From Desulfosoma sp. (GTDB lineage Bacteria; Desulfobacterota; Syntrophobacteria; Syntrophobacterales; DSM-9756): 64,000 bases of DNA. The position numbers were made by a program, and so were the translations under genes. The DNA is taken from positions 1 to 64,000 of the forward strand of contig JBBFKW010000017.1 in the NCBI GenBank assembly GCA_037481835.1. The letters are read 5' to 3'. The notes below the pieces were generated by a model, which was not told the DNA's origin, did not search any database, and worked only from the letters and a program-made list of their open reading frames with translations. Below are positions 39,296 through 50,162 of this stretch, one piece after another; position 1 is the stretch's first letter, and every line of letters begins with the position of its first letter.

Positions 39296-39505
39296 CGGTC
39301 CTTTGCTTTCGGATGGAAGAGCCCTCCAAACCCTACACGTCTGTTGTGTTTTTATGCGAAATGCCGCCCTCGGGTCAACCCGCTCTTGTTCGGCCGCCAC
39401 CCCCCAGAGAGACCACACCCCCAATCTCGTTTCACGGTCGCCGAGGGCTCCGTCGAGGCGGTTTCGCCCTCGATTCGGATCGAGGGGAAGGACGATGGGC
39501 GGTTT

Positions 39506-40828
39506 TCAGGCCGACGGGCGGTTTCGCGCGCCCATGCGGACGTGGACGGACCGGGCGTGGGCATCCAGCCGTTCCAAGGCCGCCAGGGCCGCCACAGCCG
39601 ATGCGTCCCGGGCGAAAGCCTCCCGGGTGTAGGCGAGAACCGTCGTCTTTTTGACAAACGTTTCCACGCCCAAGGCTGAGGCGAATCGGGCCGTGCCGCT
39701 TGTGGGCAGCACGTGGTTGGGCCCGGCGAAGTAGTCCCCCAGGGCTTCGGGCGTGTGAGCCCCCATGAAGACGGCACCGGCGTTATGCACCCGCGGCAGG
39801 AGCGCCCAAGGGTCTTCCACGATCAGTTCCAGATGTTCCGGAGCCAAGCGGTTGGTCACCTCCACGGCTTCCTCCAGGTTTGTCGTCCGGATGACAGCCC
39901 CGTAGCGGGAAAGGGCCTCCCGAGCGACCTCCTGCCGGGGAAGTTCTTTCGTTTGGGCGTCCAAGGCCGCCAGGACCCCCTTGACGAGCTCGGCGTCATC
40001 GGTGAGGCACACCGCGCTGGCCATGGGGTCATGCTCCGCCTGGCTCAAGAGATCCGCCGCGACGACGTTCGGATCCGCCGTCCTGTCCGCGATGACCACC
40101 ACTTCGCTGGGGCCGGCCAACCCGTCGATTCCCACGCGGCCCGAAACCATTTTTTTCGCCAGCGTCACGTAAATGTTTCCCGGCCCGACCACAACATCCA
40201 CGGGAGGAACGCTTTCCGTGCCGTAGGCCAGAGCCGCCACGGCCCAGGCGCTCCCCACCTTGTGAATGCGATGAACCCCGGCCTCCTTTGCGGCGACAAG
40301 CAAATAGGGGTTGAGCGTCCCGTCTCGGCGCGGCGGAGTCACCATGGCGATGTCAGAGACCCCGGCCACCACGGCAGGCACGGCGGTCATGAGCACCGTG
40401 GACACCAGGGGCGTCTCGCCGCCTTGTCCTCCAGGCACATAGAGTCCCGCCGCCGATACCGGCCGCACCATTTGGCCCATGTAGCAGCCATCGGAACGGG
40501 TCATGAACCAGGACGACGCCCTCTGGTGCTCATGAAAACGGCGAATGTTGTCTCGAGCCTTTCGGATGACGTCCACGAGTCCGGGCTCGACGGTTTCGTA
40601 GGCTTTATCGATCTCCTGGGCGCCTACCCCAATCCCGGTCTTGGTGAAATCCGGCGCGTCGAACCGCCTCGTAAAATCCACCAAGGCCTCATCGCCGTCC
40701 CGTCGAACCGCCTCCAGGATCTCTCGGACCCGGTTTTCCAGGTCCGGGTCCACAACCACCTGCCGCTCCGTCACCGCGCTCAGAAACCGCTCGGCCTCTG
40801 CGGACGGATAGATCAAAACCGGCACCAT
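39506..40828 (-). CDS. hisD: Histidinol dehydrogenase
   Basis: GLYVPGG, GPGNIYV, AGPSE, DLLSQAEHD, APEHLE, GPNHVLPT. Confidence 0.98.
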   Translation of the reverse strand: MVPVLIYPSAEAERFLSAVTERQVVVDPDLENRVREILEAVRRDGDEALVDFTRRFDAPDFTKTGIGVGAQEIDKAYETVEPGLVDVIRKARDNIRRFHEHQRASSWFMTRSDGCYMGQMVRPVSAAGLYVPGGQGGETPLVSTVLMTAVPAVVAGVSDIAMVTPPRRDGTLNPYLLVAAKEAGVHRIHKVGSAWAVAALAYGTESVPPVDVVVGPGNIYVTLAKKMVSGRVGIDGLAGPSEVVVIADRTADPNVVAADLLSQAEHDPMASAVCLTDDAELVKGVLAALDAQTKELPRQEVAREALSRYGAVIRTTNLEEAVEVTNRLAPEHLELIVEDPWALLPRVHNAGAVFMGAHTPEALGDYFAGPNHVLPTSGTARFASALGVETFVKKTTVLAYTREAFARDASAVAALAALERLDAHARSVHVRMGARNRPSA

Positions 40829-40829
40829 C

Positions 40830-41636
40830 TCACTGCCCCTCCAAAGCGATCACGAAGGCATCGCGATAGCCGTTGCGTTGCAAGGTTTCCATGGACTGCA
40901 TCGCGCGGTCCAGATCGGGGAAGGCCCCCAGCTGCACCCTGTAGAAGGCCGTGCCGTTGATCAAAGCCGTGCGCACGGCGGCCGAGCCATATCGCTTGTC
41001 CATTTCTTTTTTCAGGCGCTGGGCGTTATCGGCGTTTTGAAAGGATCCCACCTGGACGACGAAAGGCCCTTGCCGATAGGGGCGCACAGGGTCCACCTGC
41101 CATGACGGACCCGATCCGGCAACCATCACGGGGGTGGTTACGCGAACCGCTTCCACGACCACCGGAGCGAGCCCGTCGTTATGGATGCCCAAAGCGCGCG
41201 CCGCCTCATAGGACAAATCGATGATGCGGCCCGCCACGAAAGGCCCGCGATCGTTGATCCGCACGATGATGGAGCGCCCCGTCCTTTTGTCCGTCACTTT
41301 GACGTGCGTCCCGATGGGAAGGATCTTGTGGGCGGCCGTCATGGCGTACATGTCGAAGGGTTCGCCGCACGCCGTGGCCCGGCCGTGAAAATCCCGGCCG
41401 TACCAACTGGCGTAGCCTTCTTCCCGGAACCCTTCGGCGCTGGGGATGGGGTAATACCACACGCCGTTGATCTGATACGGTCTTTGCGTGCCCAACGGGG
41501 GGGGAGTCCCCGGAGGAAGGGTGCCGGGCGAGGGAGGTTTTTTGGACGCACAGCCCGCACCCAACACGACCACGGCCACAAGGACCGCCACGGCCGCCGC
41601 CGAAGCCGCCCCGTTTTTGGGTGTGTTTCGCCCCAT
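40830..41636 (-). CDS. rlpA: Septal ring lytic transglycosylase RlpA (lipoprotein, DPBB plus SPOR)
   Basis: Lipobox [31 protein letters not shown]-terminal VQVGSF. Confidence 0.93.
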   Translation of the reverse strand: MGRNTPKNGAASAAAVAVLVAVVVLGAGCASKKPPSPGTLPPGTPPPLGTQRPYQINGVWYYPIPSAEGFREEGYASWYGRDFHGRATACGEPFDMYAMTAAHKILPIGTHVKVTDKRTGRSIIVRINDRGPFVAGRIIDLSYEAARALGIHNDGLAPVVVEAVRVTTPVMVAGSGPSWQVDPVRPYRQGPFVVQVGSFQNADNAQRLKKEMDKRYGSAAVRTALINGTAFYRVQLGAFPDLDRAMQSMETLQRNGYRDAFVIALEGQ

Positions 41637-41657
41637 CCCCTCCCCCGTGATTCGGTC

Positions 41658-43496
41658 CTAGACGCGGCCGTTCTTTTCCATCTCTTCCATTTTGGCCAGA
41701 TCTTCAAAGCGGATGTCGATACCCAAGATGCCCACGATTTCTTCAAAATCGTTTCGGATGGGCGCCGATACCGTGATGCACAAGGCCCCGGTGTAGCGGG
41801 ACGTGTAGAAATCAGTCACATGGACCTTGCCGTCCCGCATGGGTTCGATGAACCACGGGCGGTCGGAAAGGTCTTCTCCCACTTGGGCCGACTCGTACTT
41901 GGCCCGGTCCGTGATGTGGGTGATGTTGCGGGTGATCTTTCGCCCTTCGGCGTCCGTCACGTACACGTATTGGATGAACGGGTTGAGTTCCAAAAGGGTT
42001 TGCAGGACGGGTTCCTGCAACGAAGGATCCATGCTCTTGACGGCCGCGTTCTCCACCACTTCCGCCACCAAATGGGCCGCCAGGGACCGGGCGCGTTTTT
42101 TGAGCCGATCGAATTCGCTCACGAAGTACTCGGGCAGGTAGCGTCTCGCCCACCGCTCCAGCTCCTCGTTGGAAATGGACGTGGTGCGCCCCGCCGCATA
42201 TTCTTCCATGACGCGCTTGTGAATTTTCACAATGCCCGGATGGCGCTTGTCGAGCCTTTGCTCGCCGCTCAGACGCAGCCGGTTGTTCACCCAGTAGGCG
42301 ATGCCGGCCACCCCGGACTTGTCCGTGATAATGACGCTCACGGGCCGTTTCAGGAGCCGCTTGGTATCGAAAATATTATAGATTTCTTCGTCCTTGACGA
42401 GCCCGTCGGCGTGAATGCCCGCCTTCGTGGCGTTGAAGTCTTCACCCACGAAGGGATAATTGGGCGGAATGCGATAGCCCAGCTCTTTTTGAAAGTATTC
42501 GGCGGCATCGGTGATGGCCGTTGTATCAATGCCGTCCATGGACCCTCGAAGGCCGATGTATTCCATGAGGAGGCCTTCGATGGGGGCATTGCCGGTGCGT
42601 TCCCCGAAGCCCAAAAGGGTGCCGTTGGCGCCGCTGCACCCATAGAGCCATGCCGTGGCGGCGCACACGAGCACCTTGTGGAAATCGTTATGGCCGTGCC
42701 ATTCCAGCAGATGCCCGGGAACGCCCGCTTCATCGATGAACGCCCGCACCAGTTTGGGGACGCTGCGAGGCAGTGCGGCCCCCGGATAGGTCACCCCGAA
42801 GCCCATGGTGTCGCACAGGCGGATCTTGATGTCGATGCCGCTTTCTTCCCGAAGTTTCATGAGTTCGATGGCAAAAGGAATGCAAAACCCATAAGTGTCG
42901 GCCCGAGTCACGTCTTCGAAATGGCAGCGTGGAACGATCCCCTTGTCCAGGGCCGCTTTCACGATGGCGAGATATTTTTCCAGGGCTTCCTTGCGGGAGA
43001 GCTTCATCTTGAGGAAGATGTGGTAGTCGGAAACCGAGGTGAGAATGCCCGTTTCCTTGAGGCCGGCATCCACCACCAGTTGGAGGTCGGCGGCCACGGC
43101 CCGCACCCACCCGGTGATCTCCGGATAGCGATAACCCTTGGCGAGGCAGGCTTCCAAAGCCCGTCGGTCCTTGTCCGTGTAAAGGAAAAATTCCGACTGG
43201 CGGATGACGCCCCTGGGCCCCGCCATGCGATGGAGGAATTCGAAAATCCTCTCGATCTGCTCCACCGTGTAGGGCGGCCGCGCCTGCTGCCCGTCCCGGA
43301 AAGTGGTGTCCGTGATGAAGATGTCTTCCGCCGGGTCGATGGGGAGCAGCTTGTGGTCGAAATCAATCCGGGGCACTTCCACATAGGGGAAGACATTGCG
43401 CATCAGGTTGGGTTCCGGAATGTCCACGAGCCGGTGGTGCCAAAACCCTGAGTGCTCGTGGTCCAGAACGCGTTTCTTTTCGTTCCATCGGGCCAT
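41658..43496 (-). CDS. DRE-TIM metallolyase, probable (Re)-citrate synthase, with C-terminal Cache-like domain
   Basis: ITDTTFRDGQQ, PRCHFEDVTRAD, HGHNDF, GERTGN; C-terminal YVYVTDAEGRK...DLSDRPWF...TDFYTSRYTGALCITVSAPI...GILGIDI. Confidence 0.8.
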   Translation of the reverse strand: MARWNEKKRVLDHEHSGFWHHRLVDIPEPNLMRNVFPYVEVPRIDFDHKLLPIDPAEDIFITDTTFRDGQQARPPYTVEQIERIFEFLHRMAGPRGVIRQSEFFLYTDKDRRALEACLAKGYRYPEITGWVRAVAADLQLVVDAGLKETGILTSVSDYHIFLKMKLSRKEALEKYLAIVKAALDKGIVPRCHFEDVTRADTYGFCIPFAIELMKLREESGIDIKIRLCDTMGFGVTYPGAALPRSVPKLVRAFIDEAGVPGHLLEWHGHNDFHKVLVCAATAWLYGCSGANGTLLGFGERTGNAPIEGLLMEYIGLRGSMDGIDTTAITDAAEYFQKELGYRIPPNYPFVGEDFNATKAGIHADGLVKDEEIYNIFDTKRLLKRPVSVIITDKSGVAGIAYWVNNRLRLSGEQRLDKRHPGIVKIHKRVMEEYAAGRTTSISNEELERWARRYLPEYFVSEFDRLKKRARSLAAHLVAEVVENAAVKSMDPSLQEPVLQTLLELNPFIQYVYVTDAEGRKITRNITHITDRAKYESAQVGEDLSDRPWFIEPMRDGKVHVTDFYTSRYTGALCITVSAPIRNDFEEIVGILGIDIRFEDLAKMEEMEKNGRV

Positions 43497-43502
43497 GGAG
43501 GG

Positions 43503-45329
43503 TTACCTCCCCTCTTTTTCCACCTTGATGCACAGCTCCAGGAGCTGGCTCACGTCCGGCTCCGACGGCGCTCCGCTCATGAGGCAGGTGGCTTTTTGCG
43601 TTTTCGGGAACGCGATGACATCCCGAATGGAAGAGGCGCCCGTCATGAGCATGACCAAGCGGTCGAAACCGAAGGCAATCCCGCCGTGGGGCGGTGCGCC
43701 GTATTGCAGGGCATCGAGCAGAAAGCCGAACTTTTCCCGAGCTTCCCGCTCTCCGATGCCGAGGGCCGCGAAGATCCTTTTCTGGACGTCTTCGCGGTGG
43801 ATGCGGATGCTTCCCCCGCCGATTTCCGTGCCGTTGAGCACCAAATCGTAGGCTCGGCTGCGCACCTTGAGGGGATCCGCTTCCAGAAAATCCATATCCT
43901 CTTCCAGCGGGGATGTGAAGGGATGATGCACCGCCACATAGCGTTTTTCATCCGCATCCCATTCGAGGAGCGGGAAATGGGTGACCCAGCAGAACCGATA
44001 TTCTCCCTTGGGAATGAGGCCGATCTGCTGTGCGAGCCGTGTGCGCACGTTTCCCAGGGTTTCATGCACCACGGCGCTCTGATCGGCCACAAAGAAAAGG
44101 ATGTCCCCGGGCCGGCCTTCCATTTTTTCCGTGACGGCCTCACGTACGGACTGGGGAAGGAACTTGGCGATGGGCGACTGCCATCCGTCGGCTTGCAGCT
44201 TGGCCCACGCCATGCCCTTGGCGCCGAATTCCTGGGCGTATTGAACCAGATCGTCCAGATCCTTCCGGGATAGCCGTCCCCCATCGGGAAGGCGAAGACT
44301 TTTCACCACACCGCCTCGTTCCACCGCGTCCCGAAAGACGCGAAATTCGCAGCCTTTGACGATCTGGGTGAGGTCCGTGAGCTCCAAGCCGAAGCGCAGA
44401 TCGGGCCGATCGGTGCCGTAACGGTCCATGGCTTCCCGGTACGGAAGGCGCGGAAACGGCACGGGAACATCCAGTCCCAAAAGGTCCCGGAACAAAACGG
44501 CGATCCACCCTTCGATCAGCGGGTAGATGTCCTCTTCCTCGATAAAGCTCATTTCCAGGTCCAGCTGCGTGAATTCCGGCTGCCGGTCCGCCCGCAGGTC
44601 CTCGTCTCGAAAGCACTTGACGATCTGCATGTAACGTTCGAAACCGGCCACCATGAGCAGCTGTTTAAAGAGCTGGGGGGACTGGGGCAGGGCGTAGAAC
44701 TTGCCGGGGTTGACGCGGCTGGGCACGAGGTAGTCCCGGGCTCCTTCCGGCGTGCTCTTGGTCAGCACCGGAGTTTCCACTTCGATGAAGCCCCGCTCGG
44801 CGAAATAGTTGCGGGTGAGAAAAGCGGCTCGATGCCGCAGCCTCAAATTGGCCTGCATGGACGGCCGCCTGAGATCCAGGTATCGGTATTTCAACCGCAC
44901 GCTTTCGCTGGCTTCCGTGTCATCTTCGATGAGGAAAGGCGGCGTCTTGGACACGTTGAGGATTTTGAGGGCATGCACGAGAACCTCGATCTCCCCCGTG
45001 CGCAGTTTGGGATTGGCCATGCCCTCCGGACGCGCGCGCACCGTTCCTTGAACGGCGATGACATATTCGCTGCGCAAGGCGTGGGCCGTCTCATGCGCCT
45101 CGGCATCGGCCTGCGGGTCGAAGACGATCTGGGTGATTCCGTCTCGGTCCCTCAGGTCGACGAAGATGAGGCCGCCGTGGTCGCGGCGCCTTTGGACCCA
45201 GCCCATCAAGACCACCTGTCGGCCCACGTGTTCGAGCCCAAGGCCGCCGCACTCATGGGTGCGGCGCCAGCCGTTTAAGGATTCCAGAACGATCGACGGG
45301 GATTCCATGTGTTTCGCTTCTTGATCCAC
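43503..45329 (-). CDS. aspS: Aspartate--tRNA ligase (likely non-discriminating)
   Basis: [49 protein letters not shown]. Confidence 0.98.
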   Translation of the reverse strand: MDQEAKHMESPSIVLESLNGWRRTHECGGLGLEHVGRQVVLMGWVQRRRDHGGLIFVDLRDRDGITQIVFDPQADAEAHETAHALRSEYVIAVQGTVRARPEGMANPKLRTGEIEVLVHALKILNVSKTPPFLIEDDTEASESVRLKYRYLDLRRPSMQANLRLRHRAAFLTRNYFAERGFIEVETPVLTKSTPEGARDYLVPSRVNPGKFYALPQSPQLFKQLLMVAGFERYMQIVKCFRDEDLRADRQPEFTQLDLEMSFIEEEDIYPLIEGWIAVLFRDLLGLDVPVPFPRLPYREAMDRYGTDRPDLRFGLELTDLTQIVKGCEFRVFRDAVERGGVVKSLRLPDGGRLSRKDLDDLVQYAQEFGAKGMAWAKLQADGWQSPIAKFLPQSVREAVTEKMEGRPGDILFFVADQSAVVHETLGNVRTRLAQQIGLIPKGEYRFCWVTHFPLLEWDADEKRYVAVHHPFTSPLEEDMDFLEADPLKVRSRAYDLVLNGTEIGGGSIRIHREDVQKRIFAALGIGEREAREKFGFLLDALQYGAPPHGGIAFGFDRLVMLMTGASSIRDVIAFPKTQKATCLMSGAPSEPDVSQLLELCIKVEKEGR

Positions 45330-45367
45330 TGCGCGCTCCTATCCGTTCGACGCCCGCCCCCCTGGGT

Positions 45368-46675
45368 TCATCTCGAGGAGGGTGTCGGGCCGAACCCCGG
45401 GGTTCGGCCCCGGGAGGACACGATGTGCCCTTTGAAATATTCCACAAGATCCGACAGAGAGACTTCCGTCTGCGACTTCTCTTTCATGTTGCGTACGACG
45501 GCCACACCCTTGGCGAGCTCCTCCTCGCCGAGGATGACCACGTGGGCGGCGGCCAGTTTGTCCGCACGGCGCATTTGGCTCTTCAGGCTCCCGCCGCCGT
45601 AGGCCATTTCCACGGCAACGCCGGAGCGCCGAAGGGCCTGGACAGCACGAAAGGCTTCCAAAACGGGCTTTTCGCCCAGCACGGCCACGAAGACGTCCGG
45701 CGCCCCGGCTTCAAGGCTCCGCCCTTGCTGGAGTAAGAGGATCAAGCGTTCCATGCCGATGGCAAAGCCGATTCCCGGAAGATCCGGCCCCCCGAGATCC
45801 CGCATGAGGCCGTCGTAACGGCCGCCGCCGCCTACGGCGTTTTGCGCCCCCAAACGGTCGGTGACGACTTCGAAAGTCGTCCTCATGTAGTAGTCCAAAC
45901 CGCGCACCATGCGGGGATCAACAGTAAAAGCCACATCGAGCCCCGTCAAATATGCTCGAACCTTTTCGAAATGACGGGCGCAGTCCTCGCACAAGTACCG
46001 GACCAATTCGGGCGCCCCCGCAAGCGCCTCCCGGCACCGATCCACTTTGCAGTCGAAAACCCGCAGAGGGTTCACGTGACGGCGCCGATCGCAGTCGGGG
46101 CAGAGTTGCGGGGATCGCTCGTGCAGGAATTTTTTCAAATCGTCCCGAAAAAGGGGACGGCATCGGGGACAGCCCAAGGAGTTGATATGGAGCCCGACCC
46201 CTTGGAGGCCGAGGCGCTGGAGAAAATCGCACAACATGACCATGACCTCGGCGTCCAAAAGGGGATCGTCGATCCCGAACACCTCGGCGTCAATCTGATG
46301 AAACTGACGGTATCGGCCCTTCTGAGGCCGCTCATGCCGAAACATGGGGCCGATGGTGTAGAATTTTCGAGCCAGCGGGTCCGCCTGAAGGTTGTGTTCA
46401 ATAAAGGCACGGACCACGGACGCCGTCGCTTCGGGCCTCAGCGCCAGCCACTGGCCTTTGCGATCCGCAAAGGCGTACATTTCCTTTTCCACGATATCCG
46501 TGCTTTCGCCGATGCTGCGCGCGAAAAGCTCCAACTTCTCCACAACCGGTGTTCGGATCTCCCGGTACCCGTAAAGCTCCAGGACGTCCCGCGCCGTCCT
46601 TTCCACCATCTGCCACCAATGGACGGCGTCGGGCAAAATGTCGTTCATCCCCCGGATCGCTTGCACTCGTTCCAC
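45368..46675 (-). CDS. hisS: Histidine--tRNA ligase
   Basis: LRPEATAS, FRHERPQKGRYRQFHQ, VRGLDYY, GGGRYDGL. Confidence 0.98.
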   Translation of the reverse strand: MERVQAIRGMNDILPDAVHWWQMVERTARDVLELYGYREIRTPVVEKLELFARSIGESTDIVEKEMYAFADRKGQWLALRPEATASVVRAFIEHNLQADPLARKFYTIGPMFRHERPQKGRYRQFHQIDAEVFGIDDPLLDAEVMVMLCDFLQRLGLQGVGLHINSLGCPRCRPLFRDDLKKFLHERSPQLCPDCDRRRHVNPLRVFDCKVDRCREALAGAPELVRYLCEDCARHFEKVRAYLTGLDVAFTVDPRMVRGLDYYMRTTFEVVTDRLGAQNAVGGGGRYDGLMRDLGGPDLPGIGFAIGMERLILLLQQGRSLEAGAPDVFVAVLGEKPVLEAFRAVQALRRSGVAVEMAYGGGSLKSQMRRADKLAAAHVVILGEEELAKGVAVVRNMKEKSQTEVSLSDLVEYFKGHIVSSRGRTPGFGPTPSSR

Positions 46676-46868
46676 TACCCCATCCTCATGGTTCCAAGCC
46701 GAGAGCTCCAAACCTCCCGGGCTCCACCGAGCCTCTTGCCCTGAAAAACCTTCACATCCCCCGAATCATAAACGGTTTCTAGTAGAAAAGGGCCATGATA
46801 AAGTCAAGCAAAACCTCGGAAGGCCTCAGTATTGCGGCGTTCTATGGGGGCCGCCGGCGCCTTGTGAC

Positions 46869-46905
46869 GTCAAAGTCTTGACTGCAAATCAAAATCCTTT
46901 ACACT
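46869..46905 (+). promoter_or_regulatory. Sigma70 promoter overlapped by a GTCAA-N4-TTGAC palindrome
   Basis: GTCAAAGTCTTGAC (46869-82) overlaps TTGACT-N16-TACACT (46878-46905). Confidence 0.55.
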
Positions 46906-46961
46906 GCGGGACAGTGGATGCCTGGCAACCCGAACACGCCTTTCACAACAGGGAGCGGCGG

Positions 46962-48356
46962 ATGGACACACGGGCCCCTCTGAGCGAGATCCTGGTGGTG
47001 GATGACACGCCCGAGACCCTTCAGGTGGTGGTGGAAGGGCTCCAAGAAGAAGGCTATCGAGTGGACATGGCCTCGAGCGGTCTCGAAGCCGTCAAGAAAG
47101 CGTCCCAACACGTCTACGACATCGTTCTGACGGACCTCGTCATGCCGGGCATCGACGGCTTGCAGGTGCTCGCCCATTTTGCCGAACACCATCCGGAAAC
47201 CGTGGTGATCGTCCTCACCGGCTATGCGACCATCGAAACGGCCGTGGAGGCCATGAAGCGGGGAGCCTTCGATTACCTCACCAAACCGGCCAAGTTGGAC
47301 GAAATCCTCGTGGTCTTGGAAAAAGCTCGGGAATTCATCGCGCTGCGTTCCGAAAACGATCTCCTGAAATCCCAGCTTCAGGCCCGATACGGATTCGATA
47401 AAATCATCGGCCAAAGCCAGGCCATGCAGTCCATCTATCGCATCATCGAGCGGGTCGCACGAACGGAAACCACCGTGCTCATCACGGGGGAAAGCGGCAC
47501 GGGCAAGGAACTTATCGCCAACGCCATCCATTACAACAGCGAACGGCGCGATAAGCCTCTGGTGCCCATCAATTGCGGCGCCATTCCCGAAGAACTCCTG
47601 GAAAGCGAGCTTTTCGGCCATGAAAAGGGGGCCTTCACGGGAGCCCTGCGCGACCGCAAGGGGCGTTTCGAGCTCGCCCATCAAGGGACCGTGTTCCTGG
47701 ACGAAATCGGGGATATGAGCCCCAAGCTCCAGGTGAAGCTCTTGCGGTTTTTGCAAGAGCGCAAGTTCGAAAGGGTGGGAGGCTCCCGCACCATCGAGGT
47801 GGATGTGCGCATCATCGCCGCCACCAACAAGGATCTGGACAGCGCCGTGAGAAACGGCTCATTTCGCGAAGATCTCTATTTCCGGCTCAACGTCATTCCC
47901 ATCCATGTCCCGCCCTTGAGGGAGCGGGAAGGGGACATTCCCCTGTTGATCCAGCATTTTCTTCGCCTCCACTGCCAGAAGAAGAACCTCCCTTTGAAGA
48001 AAATGGAAAAGGACGCCATCCGCTGCATGGAATCCTACGAATGGCCGGGAAATGTCCGCGAGCTGGAAAACCTCATCGAACGCCTGGTGATCCTCACGGA
48101 AGGAGACGTCATCCAGATTCAGGACCTTCCGGAGCGCATCCGCAAGGCCGCCCCCAAACCCGCCGCTCCCGCCGTGGAAATCGGGGAGGAAGGTATCGAC
48201 CTCAAGCAGATCCTTGAAGATTTGGAAAATAAACTCATTCTGGACGCCTTGAGGAAAGCCGGTGGCGTCAAAAACCAAGCGGCCAAACTCCTGGGCTTGA
48301 ACCGCACCACTCTCATCGAAAAGCTCAAGAAAAAACAGCTCCAGATACCCCTCTGA
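46962..48356 (+). CDS. Sigma54-dependent response regulator (NtrC family, FleQ/FlrA-like C-terminus)
   Basis: REC (VVDD, TDLVMP), GESGTGKE, GAFTGA, WPGNVREL, Fis HTH AAKLLGLNRTTLIEKLKK. Confidence 0.93.
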   Translation: MDTRAPLSEILVVDDTPETLQVVVEGLQEEGYRVDMASSGLEAVKKASQHVYDIVLTDLVMPGIDGLQVLAHFAEHHPETVVIVLTGYATIETAVEAMKRGAFDYLTKPAKLDEILVVLEKAREFIALRSENDLLKSQLQARYGFDKIIGQSQAMQSIYRIIERVARTETTVLITGESGTGKELIANAIHYNSERRDKPLVPINCGAIPEELLESELFGHEKGAFTGALRDRKGRFELAHQGTVFLDEIGDMSPKLQVKLLRFLQERKFERVGGSRTIEVDVRIIAATNKDLDSAVRNGSFREDLYFRLNVIPIHVPPLREREGDIPLLIQHFLRLHCQKKNLPLKKMEKDAIRCMESYEWPGNVRELENLIERLVILTEGDVIQIQDLPERIRKAAPKPAAPAVEIGEEGIDLKQILEDLENKLILDALRKAGGVKNQAAKLLGLNRTTLIEKLKKKQLQIPL

Positions 48357-48813
48357 ACCCGCCCCACAGCCCCAACCCATGGAGGTGCCGGTTGGGGGAG
48401 CGCAGCGAGGCCCAATAATCAATAAAGCCCAACGCGCGTTGAATCGGGCCGTGGCTTTCCCGCATGGTCCAAAGAGGGCCCTTGTCCGGACGCCATCCGA
48501 AACCGGATATCGGCACACGGCCAACCAGGCCGCGGCGGGGCAAACGAGGCCGTGTCCGGCGGAGTTGGTGCGCCCCTCCGGGGCTGGGGGATGCGGGGGG
48601 CCGCGGAGCCAGGGCTGCGCCCTGGGCTTTAATCCCGCGATCCTCCGGGGCCTCGCCCGCGGTGGAACCCCACCGGTGCCCATGGCGTTTTCCCTTCTTG
48701 GTTTGCGAGGGCAATGGGTGTATAGATCCCCTCTTCCGAAGAAGGAACGCATCATCCGGCCGTTCATGTCTTTGTGTCGCAGGTGAGCGCCTTTTCGTTA
48801 AAGGAGACCGTCC

Positions 48814-50040
48814 TTGCAGACCGCCATCATCGCCGTGTTCGTCATCGCTTACATCGGGGTGGCCCTTGGGCGAATTCCCGGGCTCGCCCTGGATCGGACG
48901 GGAATCGCGCTCCTGGGGGCCATGATCATGGTGGCCATCGGCACCATGAGCACCCACGAAGCGCAAAATGCCATCGATATCCCGACAATCCTTCTGCTCT
49001 ACGGCCTCATGATCCTTTCCGCCCAGTTCCGACTGGCGGGCTTCTACACGTGGACGGCGCTCAAGATCACCCGATGGCTGGACCATCCCTTGCGCTTTCT
49101 CCTGGTTTTGATGCTGACCACCGCCCTTTTTTCCGCCGTGCTGGCCAACGACATCGTCTGCCTCGCCTTCACCCCCGTGCTCACGGTGACCCTGGCCCGA
49201 AGGTCCCTCAACCCCGTCCCTTTTCTCATCGCCGTGGCCGTTGCCAGCAACATCGGATCGGCGGCCACCATCATCGGCAACCCTCAAAACATGCTCATCG
49301 GCCAGGTGGGAAAATTGGATTTTCTGAACTTTTTCCTCTGGAACCTCCCGCCGGTCCTGGTTTCTCTCGTGGCCGCCTACGGCCTGATCGTCGTCCTGTC
49401 CCGAAACCGCAGGGTCTTGGACCCCGGGAAACCCGCCACCATCATTGAAGGACACTGGCCGTCCTTCGACCGGCATCAGACTCGAAAGGGGCTGTTCTAT
49501 ACCATGCTTCTCATCGTCCTTTTCTTTTCGCCCATCCCTCGTCATGTGACGGCTCTTGGTGTGGCGGGATGTCTGTTGTGCAGTCGAAGGATGAAAACGC
49601 GATCCATCCTGGGCCTTGTGGACTGGCATCTCATCACGCTGTTTTGCAGCCTCTTCATTCTGGTCGCAGCCGTTGAAAAGGCGGGACTTCCCCGCATGAT
49701 CATGGGCGAACTCAACCACCACGCCCCGCACGTCACCGACCCCTATGGGCTGGCTCTCGTCTCTGTGGTGCTGTCCAACGTGACGAGCAATGTTCCAGCC
49801 GTCATGCTCCTGTCCAAATTTCTCCCACTGGGCCATGAGACGCTTTGGTACGTCTTGGCCGCTTCCAGCACCTTTGCCGGAAACCTGGTGACCATCGGCA
49901 GCATCGCCAACCTCATCGTGATTGAAGAAGCCGCCGCCCACGGCGTCGGCATCTCCTTCCGGGAACACGCCCGATATGGCATTCCCGTCACGGTGGTGTC
50001 CATGGCCGTCTTGTGCCTGTGGATTTTTTTCAGCCGGTAA
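48814..50040 (+). CDS. ArsB/NhaD (SLC13-like) anion transporter
   Basis: LDRTGIALLGA, ASNIGSAATIIGNPQN, SNVPA, AGNLVTIGSIANLIV; TTG start after AAGGAG. Confidence 0.88.
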   Translation: MQTAIIAVFVIAYIGVALGRIPGLALDRTGIALLGAMIMVAIGTMSTHEAQNAIDIPTILLLYGLMILSAQFRLAGFYTWTALKITRWLDHPLRFLLVLMLTTALFSAVLANDIVCLAFTPVLTVTLARRSLNPVPFLIAVAVASNIGSAATIIGNPQNMLIGQVGKLDFLNFFLWNLPPVLVSLVAAYGLIVVLSRNRRVLDPGKPATIIEGHWPSFDRHQTRKGLFYTMLLIVLFFSPIPRHVTALGVAGCLLCSRRMKTRSILGLVDWHLITLFCSLFILVAAVEKAGLPRMIMGELNHHAPHVTDPYGLALVSVVLSNVTSNVPAVMLLSKFLPLGHETLWYVLAASSTFAGNLVTIGSIANLIVIEEAAAHGVGISFREHARYGIPVTVVSMAVLCLWIFFSR

Positions 50041-50162
50041 GGGCTTGGGCCGGAAAAGAGCAGTGCCCTCGTTTCCCGAAACGCCGGCCTTCGGCCCGCG
50101 AAAAGGACGGGCACGACGGCGGCGTTTCCCAGGGAAGGGCCGTGATCCGAGGGATCCTTGTT

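Noticed and set aside
48357..48813. Riboswitch (fluoride, yybP-ykoY) upstream of the anion transporter
   Set aside because: Only GC-rich hairpins are seen; I could not find the diagnostic consensus motifs
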